Assembly: GCA_001816585.1 (NCBI GenBank)
Contig: MHCJ01000003.1
Span: forward strand, 348,228 to 412,227
Source of the DNA: Candidatus Chisholmbacteria bacterium RIFCSPHIGHO2_01_FULL_52_32
GTDB taxonomy: Bacteria > Patescibacteriota > Microgenomatia > UBA1400 > Chisholmbacteraceae
Direction of reading: 5' to 3'
DNA length: 64,000 bases
In this document: positions 39,324-49,994 of the stretch, in pieces
How the letters are laid out: each line of letters begins with the position of its first letter
How positions within the stretch are numbered: the first letter of the stretch is position 1
The notes under the pieces: model-generated
The model's database searches: none
The model's input: only the letters and a program-made list of their open reading frames with translations
Told to the model about the DNA's origin: nothing
Program-made: the position numbers and the translations under genes

Positions 39324-40478
39324 TTAACTCTGATCACGTTTACCGGAATGCGCTATGCCAACCTTTTCATACACGTCGAGAGTCTGCTCGGCAAGTTTCT
39401 TCCAGCTGAACTGCTTCACTTGCTTCCTGCCTGCCTCGATGAGCTTTTTTTGAAGCGGAAGATTTTTGAGGAGTTTTTGCAGCGAGTCGGCGAGATGCAC
39501 TTCCGACCGGGCATCCGTAAACAGGGCTGCATCCTGGTAAATTTCCCTGAAAATCTCAAGTTCGTTTGCAACGACAGGCAGGCCGCACGCCATGGCTTCC
39601 AGGCCGGTCAGTCCGAACCCTTCGGAGAGTGAGGGTTGGACCAGGCAGAGGGCATGTGCGTAGAGAAGTGCCAGATCCTGATCCGGAACAAATCCGATCA
39701 AGCGGACAAACTTCCCTGCATTCCATCTGTCGGTTTCCGCAAGCAATCGATTCAGGAAGACCGTTCTTGCGCTCGCGACAACCAATGTAACCCTGACTCC
39801 GCGTTGACTTAAGAGCTTCACTGCCAACGCCAAACGCAGGATGTTCTTGTGCGGGTACGCGCTGCCCGTGTAGATCACAAATGGCGTCGTGATTCCGTAT
39901 TTTCGGAGAATTTCTGCTTTTTTCCTCCGAGGGAAAAAGATCCTTGCGGGCGCCTCGTAGGTGACACGGATTTTTGCGGGCGCGACCCCGTGACTGTCCG
40001 CAAGCTTTTTTTGTATTACCCTGCTCGGAGCAAAAATCGCTTTTGCTGCCCGCAAGGCATGAGAAACAATCGCCAGATACCCGACATACTTTACGGCATA
40101 GACCAAGGGATTTTGCGTCGTTACCGACAGCCCACGGACATCATGCCAAAGTAGATCGTGGATGGTAACGACGAATGGCTTCCGGTACAGGAGCGGGACA
40201 TTGAAATGCGGCACGTGGAGGAGATCAAGCTTCGCGCGTGAAAAGATTTCTCCCAACAGCCATTGTTCTTCAAAGGAATAGTGGAGAATGTTGCAGGAAA
40301 CGACGGAGAAGTTTTCGGGAAACCGGAGCACTTGATCGTAGGGATGGCGCAAAAACACCGTGTAGCGGTTCCGCCGATCCAAGCTTTTCAGGCTGTCCAA
40401 AAGCTCCATGACGTAGCGGCCCAAGCCCGCGTGTTCTACTCCATAGAGTCTCGCGTCGATTCCAATCTTTAGTGCCAT
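39324..40478 (-). CDS. GT4 glycosyltransferase
   Basis: IGIDAR, GLGRY, VVTIHDL, PHKN, PSLSEGFGLTGLEAMACG. Confidence 0.92.
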   Translation of the reverse strand: MALKIGIDARLYGVEHAGLGRYVMELLDSLKSLDRRNRYTVFLRHPYDQVLRFPENFSVVSCNILHYSFEEQWLLGEIFSRAKLDLLHVPHFNVPLLYRKPFVVTIHDLLWHDVRGLSVTTQNPLVYAVKYVGYLAIVSHALRAAKAIFAPSRVIQKKLADSHGVAPAKIRVTYEAPARIFFPRRKKAEILRKYGITTPFVIYTGSAYPHKNILRLALAVKLLSQRGVRVTLVVASARTVFLNRLLAETDRWNAGKFVRLIGFVPDQDLALLYAHALCLVQPSLSEGFGLTGLEAMACGLPVVANELEIFREIYQDAALFTDARSEVHLADSLQKLLKNLPLQKKLIEAGRKQVKQFSWKKLAEQTLDVYEKVGIAHSGKRDQS

Positions 40479-41377
40479 CGGCTTCGGAGGGTTCTTATTT
40501 TCCCAAACAACCAGATTCCCGTAAACACCAACTTCCTCAGGAAAAGAGGGTATTTGTCTTTGTAATGCTTGTCATAAAAAAGCTGCATCGTGTCATTAAA
40601 GTAGGTTGTCGTGACGCTGCGAATCTTTTTTGTTTTGTCGGTCAATTGCTTGCCTTCGTCTTTCTTCCTCCCCGATCGTTTTTTAAAGTGAATGACGGTT
40701 GCTTCGGGGTCATAATAGATCTTCCACCCTTTGTCTCGAATCCGCATACACCAATCGAGGTCTTCCGCGTACATGAAGTAACGCTCATCGAGGAGCCCGA
40801 CTTGTTCGACCACTTTGGTTCGTACCATGAAGCAAGCGCCGGATATTGCATCCACTTCGTGAATGGCGTCGAAATCCTTCCACGTCTGATGGTATCCGGA
40901 GAAAAAGGGAGAGTTGGGGAACAGTTGTTCGAGTTTCACAAAGTAGGTGAAAGCGTTCCAGGGTGTGGGGGAACCACGATGACAAGAAAGATCGATCGCT
41001 CCATCCGGCAGAACGAGCTTCCCGGTTACAGCGCCTGCATCGGTTCTTTCATCCATGAACTTCACGAGCTTTTCAAAGGCATCGGGAAGCACAACGGTGT
41101 CCGAGTTCAGGAGAAGGAGCAACTCTCCTTTTGCCTTCCTGATTGCGCGATTATTCCCCGCAGCAAAACCGATGTTTCTCTTATTCTCGATGAGTTTTAC
41201 CCACGGAAACCCTTTTCGAATCTTCTCCGACGAACCATCGGTTGACCCGTTGTCGGCGACGATCACTTCCAAACTTCCGCTTGAGATATCGAGATTCTGT
41301 TCTTCGATTGACCCAAGACAGCGAACGATGTAGTCACGGGTATTGTAATTGAGGATGATGACCGAAAGTTTAGGCAT
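40469..41377 (-). CDS. GT2 glycosyltransferase (WbbL-like)
   Basis: DNGSTDGS, NIGFAAGNN, LNSDT, SGACF, DERYFMYAEDLDWC. Confidence 0.92.
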   Translation of the reverse strand: MPKLSVIILNYNTRDYIVRCLGSIEEQNLDISSGSLEVIVADNGSTDGSSEKIRKGFPWVKLIENKRNIGFAAGNNRAIRKAKGELLLLLNSDTVVLPDAFEKLVKFMDERTDAGAVTGKLVLPDGAIDLSCHRGSPTPWNAFTYFVKLEQLFPNSPFFSGYHQTWKDFDAIHEVDAISGACFMVRTKVVEQVGLLDERYFMYAEDLDWCMRIRDKGWKIYYDPEATVIHFKKRSGRKKDEGKQLTDKTKKIRSVTTTYFNDTMQLFYDKHYKDKYPLFLRKLVFTGIWLFGKIRTLRSRWH

Positions 41378-42563
41378 GCTTTCCTAACAATCTATAGATT
41401 CTATCGAGTTTTGCCGAAATCTTCTTCCAATTATAGTTGTTCGTGATGAGTAGTTTTGCCTTTCTGGCAACGTGCTCCGCTCTCCTTGGGCTTTGAAGAA
41501 CTTCGATCGTTTTGTCAGCCAGTTCCTTTGCTGTATCTGCGATGAAAACCTCTTTGTTGTCCTCGGCTCGAATCCCTTCAATGCCGAGGCGGGTGGCCAC
41601 AACCGGAGTCCCCGAGGCCATCGCCTCAAGGATTTTATACTTTGTTCCCCTTCCGCTTCGGATCGGGGCAAGCAGGACACTGGCACCGGCGTAGGCTTCA
41701 CGGATATCTTTGATCCCTTCATCAACGACGATGTCGGGATCTTTGGTTAAGGATTTTATTTCCGGTGTTGGGTGCCTGCCGACGATCCACAACCTGCACT
41801 TCGGAATGGCGGCTTTTATCTTTGGCCAGATGTCTTCGTGGATGAAATGAACCGCGTCCCGATTGGGAAGCCACTTAAATTGTCCGACGAATAACACCAC
41901 GGGTGAGGTAAGGGGTTTGCGCTCAACGGCCTCAAAGAATTCAGCGTCGACACCGTTGGCAACTACATCAATCTTGGCATTCCTGGTAAACTGGAGGATA
42001 AATTCCTTATCCTCTTTGCTCATTGTGGCAAGATGGTCCGCCTTGCTCCAGTAGTACTTCTCCCATTGCTTGATTTTGTATACGTCAAACATCAAGAAGG
42101 GCTTTACGGCCGCGATCCGGAATTGGCGGACGAAGTCCTGATATACCAGGTACTCAATGGTCTGTTCAACGAGTAAGGTGGGAACCGATGTTTTTGGGAT
42201 GTTGGGCATGACGTAGAAGGTTTCCGCATGGATGAGATCGAAATTCCCTTTCTCGAGGACTTCCGTGAGTACCGCTTTTGCCCTGATGGGGAGGTTTCTG
42301 GTCACCAGAAAAGGATAGGGGGTAACCGCGGCAAGAAACACGTTACGCGGCGTGAACGGGTGCTTGCTTCTCTTAAAGACGTTTACCGTTTTACAGAATT
42401 TTTTCAATTCCAGGATGTACTCTTTCTCTGCTTCTTCCTTGATCAGTGCAAAAAGGTGAATCTCGTGCTTGTCTTTGAGGTTTTTTAACAGGTTGTACGT
42501 CCGAATCTGCCCTCCGGAGAGAAGCGGGTAAGGAAGGTATGGGGTCAGCATGAGGATTTTCAT
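41370..42563 (-). CDS. GT4 glycosyltransferase
   Basis: PYPLLSGGQIR, VANGVD, PNRDA, APIRSGRGTKYKILEAMASG. Confidence 0.9.
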   Translation of the reverse strand: MKILMLTPYLPYPLLSGGQIRTYNLLKNLKDKHEIHLFALIKEEAEKEYILELKKFCKTVNVFKRSKHPFTPRNVFLAAVTPYPFLVTRNLPIRAKAVLTEVLEKGNFDLIHAETFYVMPNIPKTSVPTLLVEQTIEYLVYQDFVRQFRIAAVKPFLMFDVYKIKQWEKYYWSKADHLATMSKEDKEFILQFTRNAKIDVVANGVDAEFFEAVERKPLTSPVVLFVGQFKWLPNRDAVHFIHEDIWPKIKAAIPKCRLWIVGRHPTPEIKSLTKDPDIVVDEGIKDIREAYAGASVLLAPIRSGRGTKYKILEAMASGTPVVATRLGIEGIRAEDNKEVFIADTAKELADKTIEVLQSPRRAEHVARKAKLLITNNYNWKKISAKLDRIYRLLGKHA

Positions 42564-44029
42564 AGAGAGCAGTATCGGAGGCTGATGATGGTTATACCAT
42601 CAAGCGCGATAGATGGCTTGCACCGTTCGATCAGATATTTGGTTTCATCGTCAAGGTTCACCGAAACGTAGTCCGTGGCGCCTTGGTCGATTTTATCCGC
42701 AATCCCTCCCCCGATCGGCCATCCCTGACGGTTCGTTTGATAGAGAAAAGCAGTATCACCTTGGTATGGCGCTATGACTTTCGCATTTTTGGGAAGGATT
42801 CTGTCTGCCGCAATGCCTGCTTTGACGATCTCCGGATGGTTAATGTTGAAATAATCCCTGATGTGGAACCAGGAAAAGCCAAACCAGAAAACAAGTGTGG
42901 TTCCAATTAGGATCCAAGTTACGGGTCTTATGACCATTTGTTTCGGGAGACCGAGCATCCAATCGGCACCGATTGCCGCAAATATCACAAGCGGAGGGAT
43001 GATGAAGATCTGGTAGTAATCATGGGTCACATTCCCGGTTGCAAAGACCGCAAGGTAGGCAAGCATTCCGACTAACCACCAGTGAAACAGAAAGGGCAAT
43101 TTTCCTTTGGGTTTCCGCATCAGCCCGAGCCCGAATGGCAAAAGACCCCAGAAGCCAAAAATGAGCCTTCCTATCCGCTCGGCAAAGATCCAGCGGAAGA
43201 ATGCCGGCCGGAAGCGGATCCCTGATCCGTTCAGGAGCCAGGTATTTGCCGGAATCCCTTCCGGAAACCCGGTTGCCCAAAACCGCCAGGCAATGAAAGG
43301 GACGAGCGCGGCCGCCGTATAAAGGTAGAGAGCTTTTCTTCTGAAAAGGCCGATCCCCCATTTCTTGTAAGCTGCGTACGCCATCGGAAATACCATAAAG
43401 ATAAAAAATGGCTTTAGAAGGAGGGCGATTGCCGCCGCAATCACGGAGATCGCCATCTGAAGCCATCGCTCTGTATCAAGCCAGCGAAGGAAGCAGTAGA
43501 AGGCAAGGAGAGAAAAGAGGAGAAAAGGTACTTCAGGCAAAATGGTTCGATGATAGTAAATGTTGTAGGGAAGAAAGGCAAACAGGACGGACGAGAGAAT
43601 GGCAACCCTCTGCCCCAGGTATTTTTTTGTCAATGTATAGACAACCAGAATCGCCAGAATCGAAATCGCGATCGAGGTCAAGCGGCCCCAAACTTCAAGG
43701 GAGAAAACGTCGATCCAGTTAAATGTCACTGCGGTGAGGGCATTTATGATCGGGAATTCAACGAAACGCCAACCTTGAGGATTGTCTTTTCCGGAGGGGA
43801 TCGATGAGAGATCATCGTATCTCGGATGCAGGAGGTCTATCCCTTCGCTCACAAAGCGGCGGGTCACCGAAGAGGTATCGGCCTGACGCCAGGAATGCCA
43901 GTCTGCAAGCGGTTCATTCAGTCTGTATGTTCTTGCCAAAAAGGCTAGAACAACAATTATCGAAACAAAAATGTACTCTGCGATTTTTTGGGTATTAATA
44001 CTACTCATATTGTGGTCTTTTCCGGCCAA
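42560..44029 (-). CDS. GT-C fold (ArnT/PMT-like) membrane glycosyltransferase
   Basis: Multi-TM; DWHSWRQADT first loop, EFP, GRL.S, LLKP. Confidence 0.78.
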   Translation of the reverse strand: MAGKDHNMSSINTQKIAEYIFVSIIVVLAFLARTYRLNEPLADWHSWRQADTSSVTRRFVSEGIDLLHPRYDDLSSIPSGKDNPQGWRFVEFPIINALTAVTFNWIDVFSLEVWGRLTSIAISILAILVVYTLTKKYLGQRVAILSSVLFAFLPYNIYYHRTILPEVPFLLFSLLAFYCFLRWLDTERWLQMAISVIAAAIALLLKPFFIFMVFPMAYAAYKKWGIGLFRRKALYLYTAAALVPFIAWRFWATGFPEGIPANTWLLNGSGIRFRPAFFRWIFAERIGRLIFGFWGLLPFGLGLMRKPKGKLPFLFHWWLVGMLAYLAVFATGNVTHDYYQIFIIPPLVIFAAIGADWMLGLPKQMVIRPVTWILIGTTLVFWFGFSWFHIRDYFNINHPEIVKAGIAADRILPKNAKVIAPYQGDTAFLYQTNRQGWPIGGGIADKIDQGATDYVSVNLDDETKYLIERCKPSIALDGITIISLRYCSL

Positions 44030-45590
44030 GTTTCACTGCCGCAAATAGTATCCCCATCAGCGCCCAAAAGATGTAGGCAACCTTCGAGGCTTCAAACACG
44101 TCTATATAGATGCCGTTTACAAGCATTCCTACGATTGCACCTCCGATTCCTCCGACCAATGCAAACACGAACGGGTCTTTGATCACCTGTCTGTTTTTCC
44201 AAACGGTGAAAATGGAAAATCCGAGGATACCAAAGAAACTTACAAAACCAAGAAGCCCGGTTTCCCCGAGGGCCCGTAAGTAGTCATTGTCGGTTGACTC
44301 GGCTTCCGTGAACTCGGTCTCTTGTACTTTTAAAAGGGTTGAGTAGCCGGAACCAAGCAGAGGATTCTTGAGAAACCCAGCGATTGCTCTTGGCCAAAGG
44401 GCATCGAAGCGAATGGCGGAGGATAGCCCGAAGGTGAAGGCGGCCGCTGAATAGGTTCTCGGTTTCCCGGCAAGTGAGGCGACGGCAGAATCCGTCCCCG
44501 CCGACAAGGTTGCTTCCGGAAACGCCAGGGGGATATTTTCAAAAACATCGGGAGGAAGTTCTCGAGGCTCAAGAGGAACAGGCGGTTGATCCGTTTCCGT
44601 ATAAACCAGGGCCAGATCTCCTGTAATTTCACTGCCTGGCGGGATCCTCTCCTTTTTCAAGATTTCGTAGAGGACGTATTCCTTTATCTGGTCCGTTTTG
44701 AAGAAATGGGCAAACCGCTGGGAAAGATCACCAAACAGCAGCATTCCAAGAATGCTTATCGTGATCACCCCTACCCAGCGTGTCATCCCCCATTGAATCG
44801 AGTGGCGGAGTGATATGAAGAATACGACTAACGAAATGGCGATGAGGTACGCGATGAAGGAGGCTCTCGAGGCCGTTAACAACAAGGAAACTAATCCGGC
44901 ACCGAATACAACCCACAGTGGCTTGGTCTTGACTGTGGTTGAGGCACTGAGCATGAGGCTTCCGATGATTGAAAGCGCTATTACACTAAACGCGGCGAAG
45001 TCGTAGTGCCCCGCGAACGTCGATGGTACCCGGGCGTGTTCCGTCAGGACGAGCCGCCAGCCTTTGGAGAATTCCCGGTTCATTGTCGAGTACACCGGCC
45101 AGGCAAAATACTTTTGTCCAAGACCGTAGAGCATGAGTAAAACGACAACAATTGCCAGGATCGTTGTAAACCTCCGTAATTCCTTGAAAGACTTGACGGC
45201 TGAAAAGAAGATGAAGGCAAGTGACATGTACTCGATTCTTCTCAGCCAATGGAGGAAGAGCTTGGCCACGTGGAGGCGTTCCAGGGGGACGGTTTTCGTG
45301 AGGAAAAGGGCGGATACGGAAGAGAGAAGTCCGATAAAAAGATACAACAGGACGGGAATCAGGAGCGGATTGTTTTTCAGGGATACTTTTTTCCGGAGAA
45401 GTTGGACCAGCCAAAGAAGACCCACACCGAAAACCAGAATATCCTCAAGTCTCAAGCGAACGATATAGCCGGGCAGGATATCCACCAGCGGCCATTTCGG
45501 GTAGAGCGGGATAAACACCAACAGGAATCCGGTGGCCAACTCAAGGATGTGCTCGTCAAGCCATCCAAAAAGCTTCTTTATAGGCTGCAT
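44001..45590 (-). CDS. O-antigen ligase/Wzy-like membrane protein
   Basis: Multi-TM; R..STFAGHYD, LTASRAS, IRF..W..A..F..NPLLGSG, DNDYLRALGETGLLG. Confidence 0.8.
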   Translation of the reverse strand: MQPIKKLFGWLDEHILELATGFLLVFIPLYPKWPLVDILPGYIVRLRLEDILVFGVGLLWLVQLLRKKVSLKNNPLLIPVLLYLFIGLLSSVSALFLTKTVPLERLHVAKLFLHWLRRIEYMSLAFIFFSAVKSFKELRRFTTILAIVVVLLMLYGLGQKYFAWPVYSTMNREFSKGWRLVLTEHARVPSTFAGHYDFAAFSVIALSIIGSLMLSASTTVKTKPLWVVFGAGLVSLLLTASRASFIAYLIAISLVVFFISLRHSIQWGMTRWVGVITISILGMLLFGDLSQRFAHFFKTDQIKEYVLYEILKKERIPPGSEITGDLALVYTETDQPPVPLEPRELPPDVFENIPLAFPEATLSAGTDSAVASLAGKPRTYSAAAFTFGLSSAIRFDALWPRAIAGFLKNPLLGSGYSTLLKVQETEFTEAESTDNDYLRALGETGLLGFVSFFGILGFSIFTVWKNRQVIKDPFVFALVGGIGGAIVGMLVNGIYIDVFEASKVAYIFWALMGILFAAVKLGRKRPQYE

Positions 45591-46443
45591 AGGCGTCTTT
45601 CCTGCCTTGAAGTATACCAAACACCAGCATTCGAAGCAGAGCGCCGGTCTTTAAAAGCACGCGTAATACGGGAGACTCCCATTTCGGCTTGTGCTTTGCG
45701 AATACGTACTTTACGGCTTTAAATTCTCCTAACCAGGCCGGTTTTTGGGCTCCGCCGCTTGACTTCTGACCGTAATGGATTATTTTTCCTTTCGGGGTGA
45801 TTGCGACCTCAAATCCGGCCCGCCTGGCTCGGATACAGTATTCCACATCCTCTCCGTACATGAAGATTTCCTCATCAAGGAGCCCGATCTTGTCAATCAC
45901 ACCCTTTCTTATCATCATCGCCGTTCCCCCAACCCATCCGGTTCGGTGCTCATTGAGATATGCCTTCGAATCGTTGACGTGATACGGCCAGAGGTACTTT
46001 CCCAACCACGGGATATCATCGATGAATAACATCCAAAAAGCGATGTTTGATAACCTGGGAAGAAAGCCTCCCTGAGGCTGAATTGACCCGTCCGGGTTAT
46101 TCAGTTGACAACTGGCGATTCCGACCTTCGGACTGCTCTTCATAAACTCTAAAAGACTTCCGATCGCATCATCACAAACTTTCGTATCGGAGTTGAGAAG
46201 CATGACGAACTCCCCTTTTGCTGCTCCTATCCCCTTATTGTTGGCTTTGGCAAAGCCGAGATTCTGCCTGTTTTCAACCAGGACCACTCCGGGGAACTTC
46301 CGTCTTACCATATCGGGTGATCCGTCGGATGAAGCATTGTCAATCACGAGAAGCTCCCAGGTTGGCTTGAGGCGGATTGATGCGATTGTTTCCGCGAGCA
46401 ACTCTTTTGTGTTGTAACTGACGATGATGATGGAAAGTTCCAT
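45556..46443 (-). CDS. GT2 glycosyltransferase (WbbL-like)
   Basis: IIVSYN, DNASSDGS, NLGFAKANN, LNSDT, DE.IFMYGEDVEYC. Confidence 0.92.
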   Translation of the reverse strand: MELSIIIVSYNTKELLAETIASIRLKPTWELLVIDNASSDGSPDMVRRKFPGVVLVENRQNLGFAKANNKGIGAAKGEFVMLLNSDTKVCDDAIGSLLEFMKSSPKVGIASCQLNNPDGSIQPQGGFLPRLSNIAFWMLFIDDIPWLGKYLWPYHVNDSKAYLNEHRTGWVGGTAMMIRKGVIDKIGLLDEEIFMYGEDVEYCIRARRAGFEVAITPKGKIIHYGQKSSGGAQKPAWLGEFKAVKYVFAKHKPKWESPVLRVLLKTGALLRMLVFGILQGRKDAYAAYKEAFWMA

Positions 46444-46452
46444 GATCTTTTA

Positions 46453-46638
46453 CACGAGTTTCGCACTCAATAACCTCGTAATGAGGAGAGCGCGGAACAA
46501 ATTTCGCCGGCCCGCATAGGCCAGTCCGCCAGCTGGCGGACTGGTATGAAGTACAACAAACACGTGCTAATCTAGACTGCACCGTTTGCGACCAAGAAAT
46601 TTTCGTTACGCGATCTCCAAAATAACGCGAAACTCGTG
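46453..46638 (-). repeat. Structured intergenic repeat, copy 1 (186 bp)
   Basis: Terminal CACGAGTTTCGC/GCGAAACTCGTG; long imperfect stem; internal CCAGTCCGCCAGCTGGCGGACTGG palindrome. Confidence 0.92.
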
Positions 46639-46640
46639 CT

Positions 46641-48077
46641 TTACTCGAACCTCAATTCAATAAGCAGTTTATCATCTCTCTCGGATATCCGTTCATAGGT
46701 CGGACCGTGGAATGCCTCAATGAGTTGATCGAGCGTTTGGGTGTTTGTCAGCACCAGCTTTCTTTGTGCCCCGCCGGTTGCTTCCCTTAGCAAAGCATCC
46801 GAAACCAGCGATTCCTTTTCTCTTGAGTAGCGCAAGGGAACGATTTTCCGATCCGCATAGAATGCAGCCACCGGAAGATAGTTGTCATCAAGAAGTATGG
46901 TTTCATCGGTGGAGGTTCTTTCCCTGGCAATCTGTGCCAACGAAGCCTCCGCGGCAACGGTCTCCGGAACGAAGATCGAACCCCTGTACCAAAGGATATT
47001 GAATGCGGCAATTCCAATCAGTCCCGCGGTCACTAACGCCTTAAGCTTTCCGGTTGCCGCGATTTCTGCCGCGAAGTATCCGATCAAGAGGGCAATACCG
47101 GGGTAGATCGGGATAAGGTACCAGTCATTTCTCATCCTGGCAATCGTCAGCATGATGAATGGGCCGATGGCCCAAAGAACCGGCAGCCAGAGGTTCTTCT
47201 TCTTCATGCTGTCTTTCAGGACAATGATCAATGCAAAGGGAAGCGCGGCAAACCACAGCTTCAGCCCGTGACGGAGCACCGTCACATACCAAAATGTTTC
47301 GGTTCCGGAGACCGGATTCGGCACGTTTGCTTTTGAGAGCATGTATTTAAGGAAGAAGTATGTAAAAAATCCCTCTCCGTGCCTTAGGTATGCGACCAGG
47401 TGCCAGGGGAGAAAAACGAGAAGAAATGCGACAAAGGACCAAGTGACATAACGCCGCGGGACAAGAAGAAACAGCGGCATGGGCAGTAAGCCCAATATCC
47501 CTTTTGTGAGGAATGCCAGGGCGGTACTTGCCCCGGTTATCAGATACCATCGGGAGTCCTTCCTGGCGGCTAAAAATGCAAAAACCGCAAGGCTTACAAA
47601 GAACGTCAGCATGGTATCTAAGTTGCCGGTTCTCCCCCGGTAGAGATACTGGACGGTCGTGGTCAATACAAGGCCCGCAAAAAGCCCGGCTGTGTGTGAA
47701 AATAGGAGTTTTCCGATCCGATACGTCAAATACACCCCTCCGACTGCAGCCAGGGCTGAGAAAATCCTTACTCCGAGTGTCGTTATCCCAAAAACCGTAA
47801 ACCAGCTTGCGACGAGCCAAAGATACAGGGGGGCGGTGGCAAACCAGATTTGACCGTTGTAGACGGGGGTGATGAAATCACCGGTCCTTGCCATGTTCCT
47901 GGCAATCACGGCATGCCAGGCCTCATCCCAGTTCGTCAAAAGTGTTGCGTCGAGTTTGAAGAAAAATACAAGGAGGCTTGCAAACATGAGAAGCGCCAAT
48001 TGGAGCTTCTCTTTCTTTCGGAGCTGGGACTTCTGTGGCTTATTCTTCGTATTCAAGAGTTTCGCATTCAATGACAT
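46641..48077 (-). CDS. ArnT-like GT-C glycosyltransferase
   Basis: NWDEAWHA..AR.M...GD..TP..NG, PLYLW, LTKG; start is either ATG 48077 (inside the repeat) or TTG 48056. Confidence 0.85.
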   Translation of the reverse strand: MSLNAKLLNTKNKPQKSQLRKKEKLQLALLMFASLLVFFFKLDATLLTNWDEAWHAVIARNMARTGDFITPVYNGQIWFATAPLYLWLVASWFTVFGITTLGVRIFSALAAVGGVYLTYRIGKLLFSHTAGLFAGLVLTTTVQYLYRGRTGNLDTMLTFFVSLAVFAFLAARKDSRWYLITGASTALAFLTKGILGLLPMPLFLLVPRRYVTWSFVAFLLVFLPWHLVAYLRHGEGFFTYFFLKYMLSKANVPNPVSGTETFWYVTVLRHGLKLWFAALPFALIIVLKDSMKKKNLWLPVLWAIGPFIMLTIARMRNDWYLIPIYPGIALLIGYFAAEIAATGKLKALVTAGLIGIAAFNILWYRGSIFVPETVAAEASLAQIARERTSTDETILLDDNYLPVAAFYADRKIVPLRYSREKESLVSDALLREATGGAQRKLVLTNTQTLDQLIEAFHGPTYERISERDDKLLIELRFE

Positions 48078-48230
48078 CAAAGGAGAGCGCGGAACAAATT
48101 TCGCCAGCCGCATAGGCCAGTCCGCCAGCTGGCGGACTGGTATGGACTACAACGAAAACTTGCTAATCATGACTGCACCATTTGCGACCAAGAAATTTCC
48201 GTTACGCGATCTCCGAAGTAAGCGAAACTC
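48057..48230 (-). repeat. Structured intergenic repeat, copy 2 (174 bp)
   Basis: Terminal GAGTTTCGC/GCGAAACTC; colinear with copies 1 and 3. Confidence 0.92.
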
Positions 48231-48236
48231 GATGTA

Positions 48237-48842
48237 TTACTGAAAAAGCCGCGCTCTTCCCAGGCGATAATTAAGCTTTTCCACTCCCCTGTCTTTGATT
48301 TTTCTTGCCGGGACGCCACCGACGAGAGTTTTTGAAGGGACATCTTTCGTGACCACGGCTCCCGCCGCAATGATCGCCCCATCACCGACAGTCACCCCGG
48401 GAAGGATAATAGCACGAGGGCCGATGAAGACATGGTTTCCGATTGCGACCGGTGCCAGTTTCAGTTTGAAATCTTCCGTGTGGATGTCCCGGCTGGCGTT
48501 AAAAATCATGACTTCCGATGCAATATCGACATGATCCCCGATTGTCAATCTGTCCCTTCCGTCAAGGGTCGCGTGGTCGCCGATGATAGTTCCTTCGCCG
48601 ATGGCAATATTGGTTGGCTCGTAGACCCGGCATCCGAGGTGGATGAAGGATTTTCTGCCGATTTTGACTCCTGCTATTCTTAACAGCGTCTTGCGGAACG
48701 AATGGGAGGGAATATGCCCGAGGAACCAGAGGCAAGCAGTCCAGAATTCCGTCCAGTAGCTTCGGAACCGAAATCCGATCTTCGGGATTGCTTCTCCGAA
48801 ACTTAACTCTCGCCCCATTCGGTCTTTAAACGGCGATTTCAT
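48237..48842 (-). CDS. Hexapeptide-repeat O-acetyltransferase
   Basis: LbH repeats, IGPRAIILPGVTVG, AAGAVVTKDV, GGVPAR. Confidence 0.9.
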   Translation of the reverse strand: MKSPFKDRMGRELSFGEAIPKIGFRFRSYWTEFWTACLWFLGHIPSHSFRKTLLRIAGVKIGRKSFIHLGCRVYEPTNIAIGEGTIIGDHATLDGRDRLTIGDHVDIASEVMIFNASRDIHTEDFKLKLAPVAIGNHVFIGPRAIILPGVTVGDGAIIAAGAVVTKDVPSKTLVGGVPARKIKDRGVEKLNYRLGRARLFQ

Positions 48843-49938
48843 GGAGGACCTCCAGGGTTTGGGCTGCAGCTTTTTCCCAACGAAACTTTTCGAGCTGTTT
48901 CTGATTTTTCACGAACATTTCTTTCCTCATTAGTTCATTTAGTTGAAGCGCCTCTGTAATACCTCTGGCAATACTTTTCACGCTTTTCGGATCTACTTTT
49001 ATCCCTAAGTCACCGGCGATTTCCGGCAGACTTGAAGCATTGGAAATCACCACCGGTGTTCCCACGGCCATTGCTTCAACGATCGGTATCCCAAATCCTT
49101 CATAGAGGCTGATGAGCACGAGTGCTCTTGCTCCCTTAATGAGTGAGGGCAAATCTTCATCGGACGCAAACCCTGTGAAAATAATCCGATTTTCAATTCC
49201 CCTCCTCCTGCCTTCTGTGATGATTTGTGAGTACATCCAGCCTGTTTTTCCAACAATGACTATTTTAAGGGATTTATTCTCAAGCGTGCCGATTGCCCGA
49301 ATCAAGCGCCTTAGGTTTTTTCTCGGTTGCAGCGTGCCGACGTAGATACAATAGTCTCCTTCAATACGGTACTTCTTCCGCACCCTGATTACCTCTGCGC
49401 CACCAGTCCGTTCGTTAAAACGGTCCCGGTCATATCCGGGATAGGTTACGGTAATCCTTTCCTCTGGTATTTGATAGTTTTTGATTATATCATTTTTGGT
49501 AAACTCGGAGATCGAAAAGATGTGCTTCGCTTTTAGGATCGAGCTTTTGGTCCAATTGGTCAGCTTATAGAGGTCATTTTTCCGAAACAGGTTCGGAAAG
49601 TGCAGGAAAGAGAGATCCATGATTGAAATAGCCAGGGGAACAGGGCAGAATTTCGGTGCATAATGTCCCGGCGTGAAAAAGACTGTCGGTTTTTTGGAGT
49701 GGAAATAGAGGTCAAGGGGAAGCCTCCAGCGCGTCCAGGCAAATCCGGGAGTGAGGACCCGGTATGACCAGGTTTCTGAAGGTTTGGGCAGGTCATATAG
49801 GGGCGGTTTTTTGAGGTATACCGTGAAGTGAGTCTCGGGTTCCTGTTGGTTCATCTCCCGCAACATTTCATAGGCATAGACGTTGCTGCCGACACGGTTT
49901 GCAACATTGGCTTCGTTGCCATCCACTCCGATACGCAT
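48826..49938 (-). CDS. GT4 glycosyltransferase
   Basis: MRIGVDGNEAN start, VGTLQPRKN, SLYEGFGIPIVEAMAVG. Confidence 0.92.
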   Translation of the reverse strand: MRIGVDGNEANVANRVGSNVYAYEMLREMNQQEPETHFTVYLKKPPLYDLPKPSETWSYRVLTPGFAWTRWRLPLDLYFHSKKPTVFFTPGHYAPKFCPVPLAISIMDLSFLHFPNLFRKNDLYKLTNWTKSSILKAKHIFSISEFTKNDIIKNYQIPEERITVTYPGYDRDRFNERTGGAEVIRVRKKYRIEGDYCIYVGTLQPRKNLRRLIRAIGTLENKSLKIVIVGKTGWMYSQIITEGRRRGIENRIIFTGFASDEDLPSLIKGARALVLISLYEGFGIPIVEAMAVGTPVVISNASSLPEIAGDLGIKVDPKSVKSIARGITEALQLNELMRKEMFVKNQKQLEKFRWEKAAAQTLEVLHEIAV

Positions 49939-49994
49939 ACAGTCTTTACAGTATACCCCACTTTTCCCTGGGAAGGGATTTTTTTTATCCTGCA